The notes beneath the pieces are model-generated. The model searched no databases, was not told where the DNA came from, and worked only from the letters and a program-made list of their open reading frames with translations. The position numbers were made by a program, and so were the translations under genes. 64,000 nucleotides of DNA. Source: an uncultured Planctomycetota bacterium. Lineage in GTDB: Bacteria > Planctomycetota > Phycisphaerae > Tepidisphaerales > Tepidisphaeraceae. Shown one piece after another: positions 54,857 to 64,000 of the stretch (position 1 is its first letter; each line of letters starts with the position of its first letter). The stretch spans positions 736,001 to 800,000 of the forward strand of contig CAWJEN010000005.1 of NCBI GenBank assembly GCA_963841915.1, in the 5' to 3' direction.

Positions 54857-57800
54857 ATGCCTGCTGACGTTGCTCCTGCCGATCCCTTCGTTCACCTGCA
54901 CGTCCACACGCACTACTCGATGCTGGACGGTGCCTGCCGCATCAAGGACCTTGTCAAGCGGACGAAGGACCATGGCATGGACGCCATTGCCATCACGGAT
55001 CACGGCGCGCTGTTCGGGCTGATCGAGCACTACCAGACGTGTGTCGATGCAGGCGTCAAGCCGATCCTGGGCCTGGAGGCCTACGTCTCGCCGACGCGTC
55101 GCGACGATCGCACGACGAAGCCGGGCGAGAGCGCGTATCACCTGCTGCTGCTGGCAGAGAATCTCGAGGGGTATCGCAATCTGCTCAAGTTGTCGTCGCT
55201 TTCGTACAAAGAGGGCTTTTACTACAAGCCGCGGATCGACAAGGAGTTGCTCCGCGAATTCAAGGGCGGCCTTATCGCCACAAGCGCCTGCCTCGGCGGC
55301 GAAGTGGCCAACGCCTACCTCAAGCACAACCCGCAGAAGGCGCGGGAGTGTGCCGAGATGTACGCCGGCATCTTTGATCGCGACAAATTCTTCATCGAAG
55401 TCCAAGGCAACGGATTGCCCGAGCAGGACCAGGTGAACCCGGAGCTGATGGACCTGGCGGGCAAATTGGGTGTCGGCGTCGTCGGGACCAACGACGTCCA
55501 CTTCCTCGAGAAGGACGACCACTTCGCCCACAACTGCCTGTGCTGCATCAGCACCGGCAAGATGGCTGACGACGAAGGGCGGCTGATCTATCCGACGGAG
55601 CTGTACCTCAAGACCCCCGCCGAGATGCAACAGAGCATCGGCCGCTTCGGCGATGCGTACGCGAACACGAAACGCATTGCCGACCTGTGCAACGTCGAGC
55701 TCGACTTCGGCAAGCAGTACGCCCCGGTCTACAAGGTGCCGAGCGACTTCGACATCAAGCCGGAGCACAAGGCGATGGGCCAGGACGAGGCTTACATGCG
55801 CCAGCTTTGCGAAGAAGGCCTTGAGTGGCGATACGGCAAGACTGAGGTCTCACAGGAAGTGCGTGAGCGGCTTGAAAAAGAGATCGGCGTCATCGCGGGC
55901 AAAGGCTTTTGCTCGTACTTCCTCATTGTCTGGGACTTCTGCAATTATGCCCGCGAGCAAGGCATTCCTGTTGGTGCCCGCGGCAGCGGTGTCGGCACGA
56001 TGGTCGGCTACCTGCTGGGCCTGTGCAACGTCGACCCGGTGACGTATGACCTGCTCTTCGAGCGGTTCATGGACCCGGACCGCGCTGAAATGCCGGATAT
56101 CGACATCGATATCTGCATGAACGGGCGCGGAAAGGTCATCGAATACGTCCGCGAGAAGTATGGACACGTCGCACAGATCATCACGTTCGGCACCCTGGCC
56201 GCCAAGGCAGCGGTGCGCGATGTCGGACGCGTGCTGAACCTGCCGTTGAGCGAGGTCGACAAGGTGACCAAGCTCATCCCGACCGTGCCGCCTGGCATCA
56301 AGCTCGACGAAGCGCTCAAGCGGGTCGGCGAACTCCGCGAGAAGTACGAAACTGATGCTCAGGTCGCCAAGGTGATCGACATCGCCAAGCGGCTGGAAGG
56401 CTTGTGCCGAAACGCAGGCTGTCATGCGGCGGCGCTCGTCATCGCCGAGCAGCCTCTTGAAGAGCTTGTGCCGCTTTATCAGGATAAAGACGGTAACACG
56501 CTCACGCAGTATGAAGGGCCGACCGTCGAAAAGTGCGGCCTGCTCAAGATGGACTTCCTGGGGCTTCGCACGCTGAGCGTGTTGCAGCGGTCGATCGATC
56601 TTGTCAAGGAAACCAAGGGCATCGACCTTGACATCGAGGCCGTTCCGCTGGACGACCAGACGGTGCTTGACCTGTTCCGCCGCGGCGAGACGCGGGGCAT
56701 CTTCCAGTTCGAGTCGGGTGGCATGCAGGATTTGCTGCTGAAGATGAAACCCGACCGGCTCGAAGATCTCATCGCCGCAAATGCCCTGTATCGGCCTGGG
56801 CCGATGGAGCTCATCCCCGACTACTGCGCCCGAAAGCACGGCCGCGAGAAGGTGCCGACCGTCCACCCGGACATGGATGAGATCCTGAGCGAGACCTACG
56901 GCATCATGGTTTACCAGGAGCAGGTCATGCGGATCTTCAACCGGCTCGGCGGCATTCCGCTGCGGGCCGCGTATGGGCTGATCAAAGCAATCAGCAAGAA
57001 GAAAGAGAGCGTGATCGCCAAATTCAAGCCGCAGTTTATCGAAGGGGCCAAGGAGCGCGGCCTCAGCGAAGATGTGGCCAAGGAAGTCTTCGCCCTCATT
57101 CTCAAGTTCGGCGGTTACGGCTTTAACAAGAGCCACTCGACCCGCTACGCCATCGTCGCCTACCAGACGGCGTACATGAAGACGTACCACCCTGTCGAGT
57201 ACATGGCGGCGTTGCTCACGTTCGAAAGCGGCAACACGGAAAAGGTCGTCGAGTACATCGACGAATGTGGCAAAGTCAGCCGGCCCGAAGGTGGTCGCGG
57301 CGTGCAGGTGTTGCCCCCGGACGTAAACCTGAGCGGTTGCGACTTCACGCCGGTCTATAAACAGAATGTCGATCCGACGATCCGCTTCGGCATGACCGCC
57401 GTCCGCGGCGTGGGTGAAAAAGCGGTCAACACGATCATCGAAGAGCGTGAGTCGGGCGGCCGATTCGAGAACCTGTACGACTTCTGCGAGCGCGTTGACA
57501 GCCGGGCCGTCACGAAGTCGACGCTCGACGCGCTCGTCCGCTGCGGCGCATTCGGCAGCATTCACGAGAAGCGTGCGCCGCTCGTTCACGCACTCGACCG
57601 CGCGTTCGAAATGGGCCAGCAAGCACAGGCCGACAAACGCGACGGTCAGGCGGCGTTGTTCGGTACACCCGCCCCGACGGCCGGCGGGGCAACGGACGTG
57701 ACGCTGCCAAAGGTCAAGGAGTTTGCCCCGTCGGAGTTGCTGCAGTTCGAGAAGGAACTCCTGGGGTTCTACCTGACCGATCACCCGCTCGGTGAGCACC

Positions 57801-58534
57801 AGTCGGCGATTGATCGATACACGACGGCCAGCACGAAGGAGGCGATGGAGTTGAGTGAAGGCAGCGAAGTGATGATCGGCTGCATGATCTCCAGTGTCCG
57901 CAGCCGCGTTGGCAAGACCGGCCGCAGCGCGGGCCGTAAGTGGGCGATCATCGAGCTCGAGGACTTTGACGGCAAGATCGAGGCGATGGCATTCGCCGAT
58001 ACTTTCGAGGAGATCGAGGATCGTTTCCCGAAGCTGCTCAAAGCCGATTCCATTCTGTTCGTCCGCGGCGTCGTCGACTGCAAGCGTGAGACGCCGAGCC
58101 TGATTCTCAGGGACGTCGTGCCGATCGAGGAGGCGACAGCGAAGCTGACGACGGCCATCCGTCTCGACCTCGACCCGCTCGTCCACACGCCGGAGAACAT
58201 CGCCGCGCTCAAGCCGTTGTTCGAGCAACATCGTGGCGGGTGCGACGTCTACGCCCGCTTCAGTAGCAACCACGTGTGCGGCGGTGAGAGCAAGGTGCTG
58301 ACGCTCCGGTTCGGCAGAGACCTGCGCGTCCGTGCCGACAACGATCTGGTCGGCGATGTCGAACGCCTGCTCGGTACCGGCAGCATCACCCTCGCCGGTG
58401 ACGGGAGTCGACGGCAGAAACGGCTCGAAGCCAAGCGAAGAGCGGCTTTGGATGTGGAGGAAGCCGTGGTGTCCGCGGCTATCAATTCCGGCGGGATCGC
58501 CGACGCACTCGATGACGAGGACGACGATGAGTGA
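54857..58534 (+). CDS. dnaE: DNA polymerase III alpha subunit
   Basis: HLHVHTHYSMLDG, RGSG, FERF, PDIDID, KMDFLGL, GIFQFES, YGFNKSH, EKELLGFY. Confidence 0.98.
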   Translation: MPADVAPADPFVHLHVHTHYSMLDGACRIKDLVKRTKDHGMDAIAITDHGALFGLIEHYQTCVDAGVKPILGLEAYVSPTRRDDRTTKPGESAYHLLLLAENLEGYRNLLKLSSLSYKEGFYYKPRIDKELLREFKGGLIATSACLGGEVANAYLKHNPQKARECAEMYAGIFDRDKFFIEVQGNGLPEQDQVNPELMDLAGKLGVGVVGTNDVHFLEKDDHFAHNCLCCISTGKMADDEGRLIYPTELYLKTPAEMQQSIGRFGDAYANTKRIADLCNVELDFGKQYAPVYKVPSDFDIKPEHKAMGQDEAYMRQLCEEGLEWRYGKTEVSQEVRERLEKEIGVIAGKGFCSYFLIVWDFCNYAREQGIPVGARGSGVGTMVGYLLGLCNVDPVTYDLLFERFMDPDRAEMPDIDIDICMNGRGKVIEYVREKYGHVAQIITFGTLAAKAAVRDVGRVLNLPLSEVDKVTKLIPTVPPGIKLDEALKRVGELREKYETDAQVAKVIDIAKRLEGLCRNAGCHAAALVIAEQPLEELVPLYQDKDGNTLTQYEGPTVEKCGLLKMDFLGLRTLSVLQRSIDLVKETKGIDLDIEAVPLDDQTVLDLFRRGETRGIFQFESGGMQDLLLKMKPDRLEDLIAANALYRPGPMELIPDYCARKHGREKVPTVHPDMDEILSETYGIMVYQEQVMRIFNRLGGIPLRAAYGLIKAISKKKESVIAKFKPQFIEGAKERGLSEDVAKEVFALILKFGGYGFNKSHSTRYAIVAYQTAYMKTYHPVEYMAALLTFESGNTEKVVEYIDECGKVSRPEGGRGVQVLPPDVNLSGCDFTPVYKQNVDPTIRFGMTAVRGVGEKAVNTIIEERESGGRFENLYDFCERVDSRAVTKSTLDALVRCGAFGSIHEKRAPLVHALDRAFEMGQQAQADKRDGQAALFGTPAPTAGGATDVTLPKVKEFAPSELLQFEKELLGFYLTDHPLGEHQSAIDRYTTASTKEAMELSEGSEVMIGCMISSVRSRVGKTGRSAGRKWAIIELEDFDGKIEAMAFADTFEEIEDRFPKLLKADSILFVRGVVDCKRETPSLILRDVVPIEEATAKLTTAIRLDLDPLVHTPENIAALKPLFEQHRGGCDVYARFSSNHVCGGESKVLTLRFGRDLRVRADNDLVGDVERLLGTGSITLAGDGSRRQKRLEAKRRAALDVEEAVVSAAINSGGIADALDDEDDDE

Positions 58535-58696
58535 CAGTAGAGTCGTGGAAAATCTTGAACCGCATACTTATGGACTGCCGGCTTGACGAGTTGAGCACCA
58601 TGATCGCCTTGTGCTCACAGGTGGGCGTCTTATTCAAGATGCCCAGCTATCTCATACCTGTTGGATCGTCGCTGGTTCTCGGAACCATCGCAGCGG

Positions 58697-60235
58697 CTAG
58701 TCGTAGCTGCCACCCGTTGCCTTGCCAAGCTTTTGCTGCAGGTGGTCGAGGTCGGCCGACACCTTGGCGATGGGGTCGACTTGCTGCAGGGTCACCTTCT
58801 TCTTACGCGGCGGGCGGCGGCCCTGCTTGACCTCGGTCTCCAGCTGAGCTTTGCGACGCAAAATGTGGTGGTAGTGCTGGGCGAACCGGTGGGCCTCGTC
58901 GCGGGCGTACTGAAGCATTTTCAGCCCCAAGTGATTGCGTGGCAGCTTGAGCGGCTCGGACACGCCCGGCAGGTGAACGAGCTCTTCCTGTTTGCTCAGG
59001 CTCACGACCATCGGCGGCTTGAGCTCGGCGTCAGCGAACGCGGTCATCACGCTGCTGAGTTGCCCCACACCGCCGTCGATCACAATGAGGTCCGGGTACA
59101 ACTCGCTGCCGTTGGCGGCTTCACGGTACCGGCGGCTGATGACTTCCTGCATGCTCAGAAAGTCGTTGTTCCCCTGGCCGTGGCGAATTTTGTAGCGGCG
59201 GTAGCCGTCCTTGAAAGGTTGGCCGTCGATGAAGCAGACTTTGCTGCCGACCATCTCACCGCCTTGGAGGTGGGCGATGTCGAAGCACTCGACCACGCGT
59301 GGGGCGGCGTCCATGTTGAGGGCGACCTGCAGATCGCTGACCGCCTTGGCCGGGTCGGTGACGAAGCTGGTGTTGTAGACCTCGGGCTGCCAGAACTCCT
59401 GCGTGCCTTTACCGGCCCGCTTGCCCAGCGCCTTCATCGCCTTGATCTCGTCGCGAACCTTGGCGGCGTCTTCGAATCGCATCTCCGCACTGGCCTTGGC
59501 CATCCGTTTGTTGAGGTCTTCGAGCAGCTTGACGCGGTCGCCGTCGAGGAAGCGAAGCAGCCGCCGTGTGTCAGAGCGGTAGTCGTCCTGGCTGATGCGG
59601 TCTGCACAGGGCGCTGTGCACTGCTTGATCGCGTGCAGCAGGCAAGGCCGGAAGTAGCGCCGCCGATCATCGCCGGCCTTGATGTCAAGCTCGCAGGTGC
59701 GGAACTTGAACGCCTTCTGCAGCAGGCTGATGGCCTCCTTCAGCGCCCACACACTCGTGAACGGGCCGAGCACCTTGGCTTTCTTGTACTGAGCCGGCTC
59801 GCGTGTCACGTAGACGCCCGGGAAGTCGTCGCCCATCGTAATGACGAGGTACGGAAACGTCTTGTCGTCCATCAACAGCGTGTTGAACTTCGGACGAATG
59901 TCTTTGATGAGCCGGTTCTCGACGAGCAGCGCCTCGACCTCGCTTTCGGCACCGAGCGTGTCGAAGTCGACGACTTCATCGAGCAGGCCAGCCTTCTTGG
60001 CTTCGAGCTTGGTCGCGGGTTGGAAGTAGCTTGATACGCGGTCGCGCATGGAAGCCGATTTGCCGACGTAAATCACGCGGCCGCGATGATCCTTCATCAG
60101 GTAGACGCCTGGGTCCTTCGTCAGCCGCTTGGCCTTTTCGTTGAGACGCTTAAGCCGGTCCTCGCGTGACTCGTCCGGCGGGAACGAGGTGGCGGCTGGC
60201 TGGTCGACGGTGGCAGGATCGGGCATCGCTTCCAT
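58697..60235 (-). CDS. uvrC: Excinuclease ABC subunit C, short form without the C-terminal HhH2
   Basis: GIY-YIG (PGVYLMKD...IYVGKS), Cys-rich region, UVR motif (FEDAAKVRD), ECFDIAH, PDLIVIDGG.GQ, RDEAHRFA. Confidence 0.9.
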   Translation of the reverse strand: MEAMPDPATVDQPAATSFPPDESREDRLKRLNEKAKRLTKDPGVYLMKDHRGRVIYVGKSASMRDRVSSYFQPATKLEAKKAGLLDEVVDFDTLGAESEVEALLVENRLIKDIRPKFNTLLMDDKTFPYLVITMGDDFPGVYVTREPAQYKKAKVLGPFTSVWALKEAISLLQKAFKFRTCELDIKAGDDRRRYFRPCLLHAIKQCTAPCADRISQDDYRSDTRRLLRFLDGDRVKLLEDLNKRMAKASAEMRFEDAAKVRDEIKAMKALGKRAGKGTQEFWQPEVYNTSFVTDPAKAVSDLQVALNMDAAPRVVECFDIAHLQGGEMVGSKVCFIDGQPFKDGYRRYKIRHGQGNNDFLSMQEVISRRYREAANGSELYPDLIVIDGGVGQLSSVMTAFADAELKPPMVVSLSKQEELVHLPGVSEPLKLPRNHLGLKMLQYARDEAHRFAQHYHHILRRKAQLETEVKQGRRPPRKKKVTLQQVDPIAKVSADLDHLQQKLGKATGGSYD

Positions 60236-60403
60236 GGCTGGCTGAGGCGTCCGGCAAGGTCCGTCTGCCGGCTTCACAAGTACGTCCAGCGCGCGACGGT
60301 GGATCGGCCGTTTGCCTCGCTGGAGGGCCGAATTGTATCTCTTGGTAGCCACCCGTGAACCTGCCAACGCCGGTGGCCCTTCCGACGCCAGCTGACTTAC
60401 CCC

Positions 60404-60640
60404 ATGAACATCCCGACCTATCTTCCGCTTCCGCCCCTCTCGCCTGCCGGTCGCACCGACAGGCGACGCATGACCTCTACCTCGATGCATGCGGGGCACG
60501 CTAATCCTGTCGACAGCGTCGAGGTCGATTCGCGAGCCAATCAGCCGACGCGACTTGAGGCGACGCTTTACCCGACGCACCCGAGCCGAACTGCGCTGGC
60601 GGCAGAGTTCATCAAGGTTCACCGCCGCGTCTTCGGGTAA
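60404..60640 (+). CDS. Possible small hypothetical protein
   Basis: 78-aa ORF ending 23 bp before hisA in an otherwise empty gap. No recognisable motif. Confidence 0.3.
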   Translation: MNIPTYLPLPPLSPAGRTDRRRMTSTSMHAGHANPVDSVEVDSRANQPTRLEATLYPTHPSRTALAAEFIKVHRRVFG

Positions 60641-60663
60641 AGACCCGCCGCTACGGTCGCTTC

Positions 60664-61410
60664 ATGAGCGACTACTGCGGGCAACTAGAAATATACCCCA
60701 GCATCGACCTGCGAGGAGGCAAGGTCGTGCGGCTGGCCCAGGGCGACTTTGCCCGGCAAACGACGTACGACGTCGAGCCGGGCCGAGTCGCCCACTCGTA
60801 TGCCGATGCCGGTGCGACGTGGCTGCACGTGGTCGACCTCGACGGGGCCAAAGAAGGCCGCGTGTGCCAGGCGAATCTTATCGGCGACATTGTTCAAGCA
60901 GAGCCACGACTGAGCGTGCAGGCCGGCGGTGGCATTCGGAACGTGGACGATGTGAAGCGACTGCTCGACGCCGGCTGCAACCGGGTGGTTGTCGGCACGC
61001 GGGCTGTGAGTGACTGGCCGTGGCTAGAGACGTTGCTCGCCGACGACGCCATGGCAAATCGCATCACGCTCGCCATCGACGCCAAGGACGGCCGCGTCGC
61101 GGTCGGTGGCTGGCAGGAGACCTCGGATGTCACAGCCATCGAACTGGCGAGGCGGGCACGCGACCTGCCGATCGCGGCACTTCTCTACACCGACGTGGCT
61201 CGTGACGGCATGTTGGGCGGAACGGATGCGATCGGCACGGCCGAGCTTGCTGATGTGTCGACGATTCCAGTGCTCGCTAGCGGCGGCGTCGGGTCGATCG
61301 ATGATCTGCCGCCGCTCGTCGCCTCGAACGTCAGCGGCGTGATCATCGGCCGGGCGCTGTACGAAGGGAAAATCGACCTGCAGGCGGCCGTCGAGCTCGG
61401 TCGGCGCTAA
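60664..61410 (+). CDS. hisA: ProFAR isomerase
   Basis: IYPSIDLRGGKVVRL.QGD, LHVVDLDGA, GGGIR, YTDVARDGML.G, ASGGV, IIGRALY. Confidence 0.96.
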   Translation: MSDYCGQLEIYPSIDLRGGKVVRLAQGDFARQTTYDVEPGRVAHSYADAGATWLHVVDLDGAKEGRVCQANLIGDIVQAEPRLSVQAGGGIRNVDDVKRLLDAGCNRVVVGTRAVSDWPWLETLLADDAMANRITLAIDAKDGRVAVGGWQETSDVTAIELARRARDLPIAALLYTDVARDGMLGGTDAIGTAELADVSTIPVLASGGVGSIDDLPPLVASNVSGVIIGRALYEGKIDLQAAVELGRR

Positions 61411-62654
61411 GGCATTGGCACGCCGTCAAAGCGGAACGGCAGGCTGAGCCACAACGCGTGGCTTGGCACCTCGCAGCTGGCGACCGCCTCACCGACCGTG
61501 CCGGCACCGGCCACGAAGACGATGTCGAGTCCGAAGCCGCTGTCGTCACGTCGACGCGTCGCACCACGCCGCACCGGCACGCCACCGACGGTCACGCGGG
61601 CACCGTCGAGGCTATCGGTGATCAGCCGTCGTACGTCGTCATCAACGGGACGCCCGCCGCGCACCTGAAGGTGGAACGTGGCACGACCATTGTCAGGAGC
61701 GCCTGACACCAGTCGCACATCGAGCGGTTCACCGGCGACAAGCCAGAGACCAGGCGCGCCTTCGGGCTGCAATGCAGTGATCAGGTTGGCCCCGACGAGC
61801 CCTTCGACGCTGCCGACAAGCGTGATGCCTGCGGCTGAGGGCTGGGTCTGCGGTGGCGACAAGGCGAGCTCGCTCCGCATTCGACCTGCCGACCAGGTTG
61901 CGGCGGCGACGTGGATCGGCTGACGCGGAGGAGCGGCACCATCGAGATCACCGGCGGCGTCGACGACGGCTTGCGAGTCGACGGCGGGCGACGAAGGCAC
62001 ACCGACAGGCAACAGCGATCGGCCGTCACCGTCGGTGGCACGCGTCCACACGATCGCAAACTCACGCGGCCCGATCTGGAAACGCGGCTCGAGCAGCACG
62101 TCGAACGCGTACGTCACCTGTTCGTCAGCCGCCTGCTCCGCCAAGTCTCCGCCCGAGACAGTGGTGAGGTCGATTTTCGCCGTCCGCACGACCGACCGCA
62201 GAAGCACGAGGCCGGGCCCGGTCTCGCTGGCAATGCCGGAGAGTTGGCGACGGCTTGGATCAGCCTGCACGACCGTCATGCCGAGGTTGCGATGGCCACC
62301 TGCGTCGAGGGCGACGTCCCAGTTGTTGTTACGGCAGAGGCTCATCATCGCCTGCCAGAAGGTGCCGTCGACGGCGGTGACGTCGCATTCACCACCGACG
62401 GTGATCGAAAGGTCGACACCGGCCGAATCGGCGAGGCCGCGCAGGACCGTCATCGCCCGTTGCCGACCGGGCGCGAGCAAGACGCCCGAAGTGTCGGCGG
62501 CATTAACGAGGGAGGCTTGCGTCGCCTGCAGAGGCGTCGGTTCGCGGACAAGCGCCTTGGCCAACGCCGCGGCGTCATTGGTGGGCTCGGCTGCGACGGG
62601 GCTGATGGCGAGCAGGAGCATCGACGTGCTCAAGATGGTCCGGGACGTGGACAT
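61407..62654 (-). CDS. Hypothetical secreted protein
   Basis: Signal-peptide-like N-terminus, TFWQAM..LC motif and beta-rich body. 4-bp convergent overlap with hisA. Confidence 0.65.
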   Translation of the reverse strand: MSTSRTILSTSMLLLAISPVAAEPTNDAAALAKALVREPTPLQATQASLVNAADTSGVLLAPGRQRAMTVLRGLADSAGVDLSITVGGECDVTAVDGTFWQAMMSLCRNNNWDVALDAGGHRNLGMTVVQADPSRRQLSGIASETGPGLVLLRSVVRTAKIDLTTVSGGDLAEQAADEQVTYAFDVLLEPRFQIGPREFAIVWTRATDGDGRSLLPVGVPSSPAVDSQAVVDAAGDLDGAAPPRQPIHVAAATWSAGRMRSELALSPPQTQPSAAGITLVGSVEGLVGANLITALQPEGAPGLWLVAGEPLDVRLVSGAPDNGRATFHLQVRGGRPVDDDVRRLITDSLDGARVTVGGVPVRRGATRRRDDSGFGLDIVFVAGAGTVGEAVASCEVPSHALWLSLPFRFDGVPMP

Positions 62655-62882
62655 GATGCGACCTCCGACCGCCCGGTCGGGGCGGCGTGTGCGAGTGCTT
62701 CTTGCGAAGCGTCGGCGAGCGGGAGAACGGAGCGGCCCGGTCGTCTCGTTGTGCGGGAGACGCGTAATGCCGGACTTACTCACCATCGGCATGAACCGGT
62801 GACGCACTTGAGCTCGCGCCTACCGTGCCCGTTCCGCCGCGGTGAACGAGGTGCCGGCGGGCTTGGAGCGACGAGGCACGAC

Positions 62883-64000
62883 ATGGGCAGCCAGACGAAG
62901 AAACACCGCCCGGCCGAGATCGCCAGCAGCAGCGAGCCACTCATCGACGAGTCGCTGCTCACCGCGCAGGTCACGGCCGCGCCGCTGCTCCCGCCCAACG
63001 TCGGCCTGACCGAAAAGGCGGCCTCTGATTTTCGGGCGTGGCTTGCGTCGCAAGGCTGCGGTGACTGGATCATCTTCCACAGCGGCGACGACGAGTTGTA
63101 CGACGTCGAGCAGTACCTTGATGACCTTGTCGAAGGCCAAGGCGAGCGACCCGGCTGGCACGTCGCCCCGCCTCTGTCCAACGGCGAGGGTGAAGCGGAG
63201 ATTGTCGAGATCCGCAACAGCGACACCGACGCCGTCCTGCCCGGGGCGATGTTCCCGCCCGGCTTCCTGATCGTGCGTGGTCGCGGCGTGGCGCTTGCCC
63301 GGTGGTACTGGATCGATCCGGAGTTCAATGCGCCCGACACGCTCTGGCTGGCTGCCTGCGAGTCGGGCGAGGCCTATGAATCTCTGCGAGACAGCGTCAA
63401 GCAGCTCCGGCACGGAGGCAATCAATCGGTTTGGCAGGTCGTCAGAGGTTCAGCCTCACACGACGGGCCACGCGTCAAGCGGCGTCGCAATGCAGGCAAA
63501 GAGCTCATCATTGCAGACGAGTTGCAGAAGCAGGTCGATCGCGATCTGCTGGGCTTCTTCTCGCCGAAGGTGAAGCGGCTTTACAAGAAGCTGGACGTGC
63601 CTTATCGCCGCGGTGTGCTGCTGCACGGCCCGCCCGGTAACGGCAAGACGAGCCTAATCCGCATGATCGGCGGAAAGCTGCCGAAGGTGCCCTTCCTGTT
63701 GCTGCGGCCTGATCGAAATATCAACGCAGGCGCGTTCCGCGCGATCATTGACCGTTGGCAACGTCAGGCACCGGCGGTCCTGGTCATCGAGGACCTGAAT
63801 TGGCTGCTTGAACAGGTTGAGGTCAGTCAATTCCTGAACCTCATCGACGGCATCGAACGGGAGACGGCTCAGGGTCTGCTGCTCCTGGCGACGACGAACT
63901 ATCCGGAAAAGCTGGACCCTGCCGTGAACAACCGGCCCGGCCGATTCGACGTCGTAATCGAACTGCCGAACCCGGACGAGACCTTGCGTCGGGAGTTCTT
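62883..64000 (+). CDS. AAA+ ATPase, 3' end truncated by the window edge
   Basis: Not in the ORF track because there is no stop. The frame from ATG 62883 reads YRRGVLLHGPPGNGKT (Walker A), VLVIED (Walker B), ATTNYPEKLDPA, NRPGRFD. Confidence 0.9.
   Translation, partial: MGSQTKKHRPAEIASSSEPLIDESLLTAQVTAAPLLPPNVGLTEKAASDFRAWLASQGCGDWIIFHSGDDELYDVEQYLDDLVEGQGERPGWHVAPPLSNGEGEAEIVEIRNSDTDAVLPGAMFPPGFLIVRGRGVALARWYWIDPEFNAPDTLWLAACESGEAYESLRDSVKQLRHGGNQSVWQVVRGSASHDGPRVKRRRNAGKELIIADELQKQVDRDLLGFFSPKVKRLYKKLDVPYRRGVLLHGPPGNGKTSLIRMIGGKLPKVPFLLLRPDRNINAGAFRAIIDRWQRQAPAVLVIEDLNWLLEQVEVSQFLNLIDGIERETAQGLLLLATTNYPEKLDPAVNNRPGRFDVVIELPNPDETLRREF

Noticed and set aside
55850..58273. 807-aa antisense ORF inside dnaE, and similar long antisense ORFs over ldhA, rpoN, dinG, uvrC and the flg genes
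   Set aside because: These are shadow ORFs expected from high-GC codon bias. They have no motifs, and the opposite strand holds a clear conserved gene.
54857..58534. Intein in DnaE
   Set aside because: The length is ordinary, the motifs are contiguous, and I saw no intein splice junction (C...HN/C).
58531..58830. 99-aa ORF overlapping the dnaE stop
   Set aside because: It runs 134 bp antisense into uvrC, has no recognisable motif, and the region is better explained by hairpins.
1..64000. Prophage, integrative element, defence island, rRNA or tRNA genes
   Set aside because: I recognised no integrase, transposase, phage structural or defence genes. Intergenic gaps show no tRNA cloverleaf or rRNA signature.

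Overview
GC-rich chromosomal window, most likely from a planctomycete of class Phycisphaerae (inferred from gene content and protein style). It is densely coding and mostly housekeeping. Replication and repair genes are dnaN-dciA, dnaE, polX, a shortened uvrC and a dinG-like helicase. Other recognisable genes are hrpB, rpoN, pdxJ, hisA, galU, a CopA-type ATPase and a Fic protein. There is a flagellar block flgF-G-A-H-I-(J)-N-K-L-fliW-csrA-fliC. I saw no rRNA, tRNA, CRISPR array, integrase or transposase. Three parS palindromes and a motif-rich 630-bp gap upstream of dnaN suggest the window lies near the replication origin. The most interesting signals are: (1) the dnaN upstream region with five GGCGCGCC palindromes and a 10-bp triple repeat; (2) a roughly 330-nt nested-structure leader in front of flagellin, plus clustered ANGGA CsrA-type sites before fliW, csrA and fliC; (3) four 17-24-bp-period duplications that each span a stop codon; (4) a REPIN-like hairpin element carrying a 3x21-bp tandem repeat; and (5) a coupled HTTM (gamma-carboxylase-like)/DCC thiol-oxidoreductase three-gene unit. 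Two genes are frameshifted, possibly through assembly error. All functional calls come from motif recognition by eye; no searches were run. I cannot claim any of these is a proven new system.
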